From an uncultured Thermoleophilaceae bacterium (GTDB taxonomy: Bacteria > Actinomycetota > Thermoleophilia > Solirubrobacterales > Thermoleophilaceae), in NCBI GenBank assembly GCA_963715995.1, contig OY970283.1, forward strand, positions 2,866,411-2,930,410: a stretch of DNA of 64,000 bases. The letters are read 5' to 3'. The notes beneath the pieces were generated by a model. The model did no database searches. It saw nothing but the letters and a program-made list of their open reading frames with translations, and was not told where the DNA came from. Below are positions 30,179-37,430 of the stretch, piece by piece (the first letter of the stretch is position 1; every line of letters begins with the position of its first letter). The position numbers and the translations under genes are program-made.

Positions 30179-31164
30179 GGCAGCGCATCGCCGCGGCGAC
30201 ACTCGCCCTCGCGGCGCTGCTCGCCGCGACCGCCGTCGCGGCGCCGCCCGCGCGCGTGACGATCGTGGCCGTCTTCGATCCCATCACCTACGGCGAGAAC
30301 GCCTTCGTGAACGGGCAGCTCGTCGACGATGGACAAGCGGGGCAGCCGGTCGCCCTCGAGCAGTCGCCTCCCCCCTACACCGACTGGGCGCCCGTGGCGC
30401 AGACCACGAGCGACGCCCAGGGCTACTACAGCTTCAAGCTGCATCCAAGCCAGACGATGCAGTACCGCACGAGCTCGCAGGGAACCCCGAGCGAGAAGAC
30501 CGTCCAGGTGAACCTGGCGCCGCGGATCGCGTTCAGCGCGGCGGCGGCCGGCAAGTCGAGCGTGCGCTTCAGCGGCACCTTCGGCCCGGCACTGCTCGGC
30601 CAGAGCGTCGCGATCCAGCGACGCGATTCGCACGGCGCGTGGACCACGATCGCCACGGCCACCCTGCGCAAGGGCGCGACTTTCGGCGGCCGCCTGCGCG
30701 CACGCCACACGATCACGCTGCGCGCGTTCTTCGCAGGCGACGTCGCACACCTGCCCGGCGCGAGCCCGGCCGCGACCGTCGCGCGGGGCAGCGCGCCGAC
30801 GAAGGCGGCGCGGGCGGCGGCGACGAGGGCTGCACGCGCCGCGGCGGCGAGTTGCCGCGCGCCACGCGTGACGAAGGTGGTCGCGACACCGCAGACGCTG
30901 CGGGCCGGAAAGAAGCTGAAGCTGCGCGTGACGGCAGCAATGCCGAGCGGGCGCATCTACGCACTCGATGTCCGCTGGGGCACGGCAGGCCAGCGCGACC
31001 ACTTCACGTTCGCGCCGGCAGCACGCAGGCCGACGTTGAGCAGCGACTTCTTCCACGTCTACGACGACGCCGGGAGCTACACCGTCACCGTCAGGGCGTA
31101 TGGACGTGCAGGCCGCTGCAAGCGAAGCTCGCCACCGCTGCGGAGGACGCTGCGGGTGGCGTAG
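30175..31164 (+). CDS. secreted protein with C-terminal PKD-like domain
   Basis: GTG 30175 (GTGA overlap with the GH2 stop). Signal peptide AALLAATAVAAPPA. The C-terminal FFHVYDDAGSYTVTVRAYG is a PKD-type motif. Confidence 0.55.
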   Translation: MRQRIAAATLALAALLAATAVAAPPARVTIVAVFDPITYGENAFVNGQLVDDGQAGQPVALEQSPPPYTDWAPVAQTTSDAQGYYSFKLHPSQTMQYRTSSQGTPSEKTVQVNLAPRIAFSAAAAGKSSVRFSGTFGPALLGQSVAIQRRDSHGAWTTIATATLRKGATFGGRLRARHTITLRAFFAGDVAHLPGASPAATVARGSAPTKAARAAATRAARAAAASCRAPRVTKVVATPQTLRAGKKLKLRVTAAMPSGRIYALDVRWGTAGQRDHFTFAPAARRPTLSSDFFHVYDDAGSYTVTVRAYGRAGRCKRSSPPLRRTLRVA

Positions 31165-31433
31165 GGCCGCGGCGCCGTGGGTCAGGGCTGCGGCGACGCG
31201 TTTCCGCGGAAACTACCCCAGGGCGGGGACATGGCGGTGCTTTCGGGTGGCGCTTTCGGGTCGCGGTGCGCTCTCCGCCCACGTGTCAGGGCTCGGGCGG
31301 CGTGGTTCGCGAGCACCGACCCTCCGTTGGGCAACCAAGAGGGATCGGTGCTCGCTCGCGAAGCCGCTTTTGGTCTCGCTGTGATCAGTTGTGGTCGCGT
31401 GGCGGACCTGAGTGACCACAGCGGCTCGGGTTT

Positions 31434-31557
31434 CGGGAGCAACCGTCAATTGGTGTCGCATAGCGACAGTTATTGACGGTTGCGGCGCGATCGAGGGGAG
31501 CAACGTTCAATTCTTCCCGCATAGCGGGAACTATTGAACGAAGCGAGCGTTCGAGGG
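31434..31557. repeat. two tandem ~62-nt units, each a 37-45 nt hairpin of identical architecture
   Basis: 31439-31483 is GCAACCGTCAAT-TGG-TGTCGC-ATA-GCGACA-GTT-ATTGACGGTTGC. 31504-31540 is CGTTCAAT-TCT-TCCCGC-ATA-GCGGGA-ACT-ATTGAACG. Confidence 0.8.
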
Positions 31558-31642
31558 ACGAAGCGGCCGGCGCGAGAGCGCAAGCGCCACTCCAGCCACC
31601 CCTTGGCCGAGGCAGTTTCCGAACCGCAGCGAGGGGACGGCC

Positions 31643-31742
31643 GGCGGCAGAGCGGGAAGGCGGGCGGCAGGGCGGGGCGGGCGGCGGCAGGGCGGGGCGG
31701 CTGGCGGCAGGGCGGGACGGCTGGCGGCAGAACGGGGCCGAC
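31643..31742. repeat. 5 x 20-bp G-rich tandem repeat (GGCGGCAG-N12)
   Basis: GGCGGCAG recurs at 31643, 31663, 31683, 31703 and 31723. The + strand meets the G3+N1-7 x4 quadruplex pattern. The - strand is strongly C>G. Confidence 0.8.
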
Positions 31743-31783
31743 GGATAGCAGAACGGCGGCAGCGCACACGCGCCGCCACACCC

Positions 31784-32734
31784 CTACACAGCGTCGTCCA
31801 GCAACCGCTGCGCCGCACTGGCCGGATCCAGGCGCCGCGCCACGACCTCGTCGAGCAGTTCCTGGAGCTGCTCGTCGCCGCGCACCGACTCCTCGAGCCG
31901 GCGCCTCAGCCTGACGGTCGCCAGCTCCATCACCTCGTTGCGCAAGTTGCGCCGCCGACGCTCGTCGAGCGTCCCCTCGGCCTCGATGTGCTCGCGGTGC
32001 TGGGCGATTCGCTCGGCCAGCTCCTCGATCCCCTCCCCTGCCGACGCCTTCGTACGCACGATCGGCACGCGCCAGCTGGTCTTCGGGCCGAGCGACAGCA
32101 CGCCGCGGATCTCGCGGACCATCGTGTCGGTGAGCGGATGCTCGGCCTTGTTGACGACGATCACGTCCGGGATCTCCATGACCCCGGCCTTGAGCGCCTG
32201 GATCGAGTCGCCGGAGCCGGGCATCAGCGCCAGCACGACCGTGTCGGCGTGATCGATGATGTCCACCTCGGCCTGGCCGACGCCGACCGTCTCCAGATAG
32301 ACCTCGTCCTTGCCGGACGCGTCCATGAGGAGCGCCGCCTGGAGCGTTGCCTCGCTCAGACCGCCGAGCGATCCGCGGCTGGCCATCGATCGGATGAAGA
32401 CGCCCGGGTCCAGGAAGTGCTCTGTCAACCGGATCCGGTCGCCCAGCAGCGCGCCCTGGGTGAACGGGGACGACGGGTCGATCGACAGGACCGCCACGTC
32501 GCGGTCGCGCTCGCGCGCGTCCGCCACCAGGCGGCCAATGATCGTCGACTTGCCCACCCCCGGCGGCCCGGTGAAGCCGATGACGGCCGCCTTTCCGGTC
32601 TTCGGATAGACCTGCCTGACGAGCTCCCAGCCCTCGGGGTCGTCGTCCTCGACCAGCGAGATCGCCCGCGCCAGCGCCCGCTTGTCGCCCGCAAGCAGCG
32701 GCCCGACGAGCTCGGATGCGGTCCGGCGAGGCAT
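31784..32734 (-). CDS. meaB: methylmalonyl-CoA-mutase-associated GTPase (MeaB/ArgK family)
   Basis: P-loop GFTGPPGVGKST and VVNKAEHP (NKxD-like). ATG 32734; the upstream 66 codons of the track ORF are antisense to csbD. Confidence 0.85.
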   Translation of the reverse strand: MPRRTASELVGPLLAGDKRALARAISLVEDDDPEGWELVRQVYPKTGKAAVIGFTGPPGVGKSTIIGRLVADARERDRDVAVLSIDPSSPFTQGALLGDRIRLTEHFLDPGVFIRSMASRGSLGGLSEATLQAALLMDASGKDEVYLETVGVGQAEVDIIDHADTVVLALMPGSGDSIQALKAGVMEIPDVIVVNKAEHPLTDTMVREIRGVLSLGPKTSWRVPIVRTKASAGEGIEELAERIAQHREHIEAEGTLDERRRRNLRNEVMELATVRLRRRLEESVRGDEQLQELLDEVVARRLDPASAAQRLLDDAV

Positions 32735-32765
32735 GGCGCGTGAATGTACGGGGTAGGCCTGGGAC

Positions 32766-32939
32766 ATGGGTGATGGAGCAGTAGACAACGCAAAGGGCAA
32801 ACTCAAAGAAGCAGCGGGCGACCTGACCGACGACAAGGACCTCAAGAACGAGGGCAAGGTCGACAAGGCATCAGGCACCGTGAAGGACAAGGTCGGAGAT
32901 GCAGCCGACGCCGCGAAGGACGTAGTCGGCAAGGACTAG
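32766..32939 (+). CDS. csbD: CsbD-family general stress protein (57 aa)
   Basis: Not in ORF track (<60 aa). My translation is MGDGAVDNAKGKLKEAAGDLTDDKDLKNEGKVDKASGTVKDKVGDAADAAKDVVGKD*, the characteristic CsbD repeat pattern. Confidence 0.8.
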   Translation: MGDGAVDNAKGKLKEAAGDLTDDKDLKNEGKVDKASGTVKDKVGDAADAAKDVVGKD

Positions 32940-32941
32940 GC

Positions 32942-35491
32942 CTACTCGTAGGCGAGCGCCTCCAGCACGTCGAGCCGCGAGGCGCGGCGTGCTGGAGGTA
33001 TCGCCGCGAGCACCCCAGCCAGCGCTGCGAGCACGAGGAACGTGAGGATCGATCCGATCGGGATCGTCAGCACGAAGCCCTCGTCCGCGATCGGTCGTGA
33101 GACGACCAGGGCGAAGAAGATCCCGAGCACCGATCCGAGGATGGCCCCGATCAGCGCGGTGATCACCGACTCGTAGCGCACGAGCCGCCGCACCTGGCGG
33201 CGCGACATGCCGACCGCGCGCAGCAGGCCGAGTTCGCGCGTGCGCTCGTGGATCGTCAAGACAAGCGTGTTGACGATGCCGAAGATCGACACGATCACGG
33301 CCAGCGACAACAGGGCGTAGATCAGCCCCAGCAGCTGGTTGAAGCCCTGGCTCTGGCGCTTCTTCAGCTCCTGCTGGTCGAGCGAGTCGACGGTCGGGAA
33401 GCTGCGGTCGAGCAGCCGCTCGATGCGCTTGCGCTCGGCCGGCGCATTCACGCCGCGGTCGAGCGTGACGACGCCGACCGAGTCCTGACGCTCACCGAAG
33501 TCACGCGTCACCTGTGCCAGCGGCACGATGATGTCCCCCAGGAAGTTCGCCTTGTCCTTGACCGTGCCAACCACGCGCAGGCTGATGTGGCGCGCGGTTG
33601 GGGTGGTCACGCGCAGCGTGGAGCCGAGCTTCAGGTGGTGCTGGCGGCCGAACTTCTCGTCGAGCACCGCCTGCCCCGGCTGGAGGCCTGTCAGCGTGCT
33701 CGGCGAGCCCTTCTGCCAGTCGAGCACGATGCCCTTCTGGGCGGTCTTCGGGTCGAGTCCGAGCACCTCCCTGTTGCCGCCGATCCCGGCGACCTTGCCC
33801 TCGCTCAAGCGCCATGGCGACACGACCGCGACGCCGGGCAGGCGCGCGACCTCGCGCGACGCTGCGGGCGGGATCGGTGAGAAGCCATCGCTGTTCTGGA
33901 GGATCACGTCACCGCGGAAGCTGCTGTCGATCGTGTTGTTGATGCCGGCCTTGAGGCCGGCTGCGAACACGGAGACGAACGTGACGAGCGCCAGGCCGAT
34001 CATCAGCGCCGATGCCGTGACGGCGGTGCGGCCGGGGTTGCGCATCGCGTTCTCGCGCGCAAGCCGGCCGGTGATCCCACGCAGGCGGACGAGCGGAGCG
34101 CTCGCCAGGCGCGCGAGCGGCGGCACCAGCCGCGGGCTGAGCATGGCCGCGCCGATGAACACCACGATGGTGCCGACGCCAACCAGCGTCAGGGCCGTGT
34201 TCGAGTCCTTCACGCCGAGCACGCCGTAGGCCATCAGCACCGCGCCGAGCAGCGCCAGAGCCGAGCCGATCGCGAAGCGGCGACCGCTGCCGGTGACGGG
34301 AGCTCCCGAACCCTCGCGCAGCGCTTCCAGCGGCGCCACGCGCGTTGCGCGGATGGCGGGAAACAGCGAGGCCGCCACGGTCAGCACGACTCCGACGACC
34401 GCGGCGGCGATGACGGTGCGTGCGAGCAGGACCGTGCCCGACGACGGCAGGTCCACGCCGATCGCCTTGAACAGGCCGTCGATGCCCTTCGCGTAGCCCA
34501 CGCCGGCGAGCAGCCCCACCGCCGAGGCGAACACGCCGATGGCGAGCGCCTCGCTGAAGACCGCCGCCAGCACCTGGCGCCGCGACGCCCCGAGCGTGCG
34601 CAGCATCGCGAACTCGCGCGTGCGCTGCGCGACCGTGATCGAGAACGTGTTGAAGATGATGAAGCCGCCCACGAACAGCGCGATGAAGCCGAACGCGAGC
34701 AGGATCGTCGTCAAGAAGCTGAAGTTCTTCTTCTGGTCGGCCGACTGCTTGGCCGCCTGCTCCTTCCCGGTGCGAACGTCGAGGAGCTTCGGAAGCACGG
34801 CGCGTATGCGCTTCTTGAGCGTCTGGTCGGAGGTGCCGGCCGAGTTGCCGACCTCGATCGACTGCAAGCGGCCGAGGTTGCCGCTCAGCACCTGCGCGTC
34901 GTGGAGGGTGACCTCGGCGATGCTGGCGCCACCGAAACTGGACACGTCGCCGTAGCGCGCGATCCCGACGAGCTTGAACGTCCTCGCCGGCACGTGGCCG
35001 GCGATCCCGATCCGGTCGCCGACGACGAACTTGTGGCGGTTGGCCGTGTACTTGTCGAGCGCGACCTCACCGTCGTGGCGCGGCGGGTGGCCCTTCACGT
35101 AGGTGAAGGGGCTCATCGAAGGCGGCACGACCGAGGTGATGAAGTTGGGCGCGCCGTGGGTGGAGATCGGCTTGTGGTTCTTGCCGAGGATCGAGCCCTG
35201 GTCGAAGATGCCGCCGACAGCCACCTTCACGCCCTCGACGTTGCGGACCTTCTGGAGCAGCTTCTCCGAGAACGGCGGCGGCTGCTCGTCCTGCGCGATC
35301 GTCTCGTGCGGCGTGACCTCGACCGCGATGCCCTTCTCGCCCTGCTCGAAGATGTGCTGGAACGAGCGGTTGATCGTGTCCGTCAGGACATAGCTGCCGG
35401 AGATCATCGCCACGCCCAGCAGCACCGCGGTCGCGGTGAGCATTGCGCGGACCTTGCGCGCGGCGAGCCCGCGCAGGACCAGCTTCGTCAT
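32942..35491 (-). CDS. ABC transporter permease, FtsX/MacB-like with duplicated module
   Basis: 849 aa. Two FtsX-type 4-TM modules with large extracytoplasmic loops. Overlaps the ATPase gene stop. Confidence 0.8.
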   Translation of the reverse strand: MTKLVLRGLAARKVRAMLTATAVLLGVAMISGSYVLTDTINRSFQHIFEQGEKGIAVEVTPHETIAQDEQPPPFSEKLLQKVRNVEGVKVAVGGIFDQGSILGKNHKPISTHGAPNFITSVVPPSMSPFTYVKGHPPRHDGEVALDKYTANRHKFVVGDRIGIAGHVPARTFKLVGIARYGDVSSFGGASIAEVTLHDAQVLSGNLGRLQSIEVGNSAGTSDQTLKKRIRAVLPKLLDVRTGKEQAAKQSADQKKNFSFLTTILLAFGFIALFVGGFIIFNTFSITVAQRTREFAMLRTLGASRRQVLAAVFSEALAIGVFASAVGLLAGVGYAKGIDGLFKAIGVDLPSSGTVLLARTVIAAAVVGVVLTVAASLFPAIRATRVAPLEALREGSGAPVTGSGRRFAIGSALALLGAVLMAYGVLGVKDSNTALTLVGVGTIVVFIGAAMLSPRLVPPLARLASAPLVRLRGITGRLARENAMRNPGRTAVTASALMIGLALVTFVSVFAAGLKAGINNTIDSSFRGDVILQNSDGFSPIPPAASREVARLPGVAVVSPWRLSEGKVAGIGGNREVLGLDPKTAQKGIVLDWQKGSPSTLTGLQPGQAVLDEKFGRQHHLKLGSTLRVTTPTARHISLRVVGTVKDKANFLGDIIVPLAQVTRDFGERQDSVGVVTLDRGVNAPAERKRIERLLDRSFPTVDSLDQQELKKRQSQGFNQLLGLIYALLSLAVIVSIFGIVNTLVLTIHERTRELGLLRAVGMSRRQVRRLVRYESVITALIGAILGSVLGIFFALVVSRPIADEGFVLTIPIGSILTFLVLAALAGVLAAIPPARRASRLDVLEALAYE

Positions 35492-36186
35492 GAGCTCTCG
35501 TCCCGCACGACGAGCCCGTCGACAAGCTCGATGCGGCGGTCGGCGAACGATGCGGCGCGGTCGTCGTGGGTGACCATCACCACGGCCTGGCCGAAGTCGT
35601 CGACCGCGGTGCGCAGGAGCTGCAGCACCTCGTCGCTGGTCTTCGAATCGAGATTGCCCGTCGGCTCGTCGGCGAAGACCACGGCCGGACGCGACACGAG
35701 CGCGCGCGCAACAGCCACGCGCTGCTGCTGGCCGCCGGAGAGCTCCGAAGGCCGGTGCTTGCGCCGGTCGGCGATGCCGACGGTCTCCATGAGCTGGTCG
35801 ACCCAGGCGCTGTCCGGCTTGCGGCCGGCGATCGACAGCGGCAGCAGCATGTTCTCCTCGGCATTCAGCACCGGCACGAGGTTGAAGAACTGGAACACGA
35901 AACCGATGCTGTCGCGGCGCAGCTGCGTGAGCTCGCCGTCGTCCATCTTGGTGATGTCGCGGCCGTCGATCACAACCGTGCCGGAGGTCGGGTTGTCGAG
36001 CCCGGCCAGGATGTGCATGAGCGTCGACTTGCCCGAGCCGGACGGGCCCATGATCGCGCTGAAGCCGCCGCGCGGGAATTCGAGGGAGACGCCGCGAAGG
36101 GCGTCGACCGCCGCGTCGCCGGTGCCGTAGCGCCTGGTGACGTCGCTCGCTGAGACGATCGCATCAGAGGACATGGATGCGAACAT
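35488..36186 (-). CDS. ABC transporter ATP-binding protein (MacB/LolD type)
   Basis: Walker A GPSGSGKST, signature LSGGQQQR, Walker B VVFADEPT. Start is ATG 36186 or 36174. Confidence 0.9.
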   Translation of the reverse strand: MFASMSSDAIVSASDVTRRYGTGDAAVDALRGVSLEFPRGGFSAIMGPSGSGKSTLMHILAGLDNPTSGTVVIDGRDITKMDDGELTQLRRDSIGFVFQFFNLVPVLNAEENMLLPLSIAGRKPDSAWVDQLMETVGIADRRKHRPSELSGGQQQRVAVARALVSRPAVVFADEPTGNLDSKTSDEVLQLLRTAVDDFGQAVVMVTHDDRAASFADRRIELVDGLVVRDESS

Positions 36187-36291
36187 AGCCACGTGGTTCA
36201 GCTCCTCGAGGCGCCGCGCACCGATGTGCCGGTCGAGATCAGGCGCGCGCCGGCCCCTTCGCACGGCGGCCTGCCCGCGTTGCTGCGCTTC

Positions 36292-36871
36292 ATGGCGGCC
36301 CACGGGATGCTCAACCTCAAGTACGGGCGGCTGCTCCTGCGGATCCTGCTGCGCAAGCTGCGGCTCCGCAGCCGGCTCGATCTGGACGGCATCGCCTTCG
36401 TCGGCCCGGGGGTCGTGCTCCAGGTCGGAAAGGGCGCAAAGCTCGAGCTCGGCCGCTGGGTGTGGATCGGGCACGGAACGAAGATCCGCGCGCACGAGGG
36501 GCTCGTGTCGATCGGGGCTAAGACCGTGATGGGCCAGGAGTGCACGATTTCGTCGTTCCAGCACGTGAAGATCGGCCGCGAGTGCGTGATCGCCGACCGC
36601 GTGATGTTCATCGACTTCGACCATGGCGTGGTCGAGGTCGAGCGGCCGATCCGGCTACAGGGCATCTACAAGCGCGACGTGAACATCGGCAACAACGTCT
36701 GGATCGGCTACGGCGCATGCATCCTGCGCGGCGTCACGGTCGGCGACAACGCGATCATCGGGACCAACTCGGTGGTGACCAAGGACGTGCCAGGCCAACG
36801 CCGTCGTTGGCGGCCTTCCCGCGCGGATCATCCGCATGCGCCCGCATCCGAACCGCATGCGCTGGGAGTAA
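36292..36871 (+). pseudogene. hexapeptide-repeat acetyltransferase with a +1 nt frame interruption near 36793-36796
   Basis: LbH repeats (VNIGNNVWIGYGACILRGVTVGDNAIIGTNSVVTKDVP) then lose frame. The +1 frame continues NAVVGGLPARIIRMRPHPNRMRWE* to TAA 36869-36871. N-terminal start uncertain (36193 or 36292). Confidence 0.75.
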
Positions 36872-36882
36872 GCCGGGCGGGC

Positions 36883-37389
36883 TCAGGCCGGCGAGACGTA
36901 CTCGCCGGACTCGCGCCGCTTGCGCGCCTCTTCCTCGTTTTGCTTCCCGGCCGCGGCGCGGCGCGTGGAATCGGACGAGCGCCGCATGAGGTCGGCCAGC
37001 AACTGCGCGATCAGGCCGTAGAGCAGCAGCGCCAGCCCGCTGTAGAGGATGCGCTTGACCCATGGCCGCGAGCCCTTGGCGATCCAGGTGAACGGGCTCA
37101 TGATCACGTCGCCAACGTCGTCGATGAACTCGCGCGCCGAGGTGTGCTGGCCCTCACGCGCCCGCTCGACTGCCTTCGGCGGATCAGGCGCCGAGATGTC
37201 GACCACCGTCACGCCCGCCGCGGCCGGCTCGCCCTTCGGGGCGACGTCGGTGGTCGCGTTCACCTTCGAGCTGTCGCGCACCTCGTCGGACAGGAACCCG
37301 ATCAGGCCGATGAAGACGAACAGCACCGCGACGATCGACGCGAGGCGGACGAGCCGCGACAGTGACTCGAGCAGAGGAAGCCTGGGCAT
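36883..37389 (-). CDS. hypothetical membrane protein
   Basis: ATG 37389. Two TM helices (LASIVAVLFVFIGLIGFL, ILYSGLALLLYGLIAQLL) and a charged C-tail. The remainder of track ORF 36883..37896 is antisense to GH57. Confidence 0.5.
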   Translation of the reverse strand: MPRLPLLESLSRLVRLASIVAVLFVFIGLIGFLSDEVRDSSKVNATTDVAPKGEPAAAGVTVVDISAPDPPKAVERAREGQHTSAREFIDDVGDVIMSPFTWIAKGSRPWVKRILYSGLALLLYGLIAQLLADLMRRSSDSTRRAAAGKQNEEEARKRRESGEYVSPA

Positions 37390-37430
37390 CCTCACGATCG
37401 TAAACCGGCGGACGGTCGCACGGCGGGCCT

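Larger units (their letters stand above)
31245..31745. repeat. composite intergenic repeat, copy A (conserved left module, tandem hairpins, conserved right module, G-rich minisatellite)
   Basis: 31281-31382 matches 52474-52575 at 98/102 positions. 31579-31627 matches 52819-52867 at 45/49. The reverse complement of 31579-31620 matches 44146-44187 at 37/42. All are hand alignments. Confidence 0.8.

Noticed and set aside
31643-31742. CRISPR array interpretation of the 20-26 bp tandem repeats
   Set aside because: The units are directly adjacent with no unique spacers. They are G-rich, non-palindromic and only ~5 units long. No cas genes are in the window.
31245-31745. Retron msr/msd, DGR template repeat, or IS/MITE with recognisable ends
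   Set aside because: No reverse transcriptase, transposase or TnpB/IscB gene is anywhere in the 64 kb. I could not find terminal inverted repeats or target-site duplications bracketing the copies. A REP/RAYT-type or MITE-like origin stays possible only if the enzyme is encoded elsewhere, so it is kept as an alternative within the main finding rather than as a call.
31470-31914. ORFs inside the repeat elements (31470..31781-, 31534..31914+, 52746..53492-, 52803..53588+) sharing peptides such as ETASAKGWL.WRLRS or ARERKR..SHPLAEAVS
   Set aside because: The shared peptides only reflect nucleotide identity of the modules. A 2-nt indel between copies (GAGAG-CGCAAG vs GAGAGAACGCAAG) breaks any common frame. 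One copy has an in-frame TAA where the other has CAA-type codons. Substitutions show no synonymous bias, and the ORFs run through low-complexity tandem repeats.
32937-32954. GCCTAC-TC-GTAGGC palindrome between csbD and the ABC permease as a bidirectional terminator
   Set aside because: It has only 6-bp arms with a 2-nt loop and no flanking U-runs. It is too weak to call.
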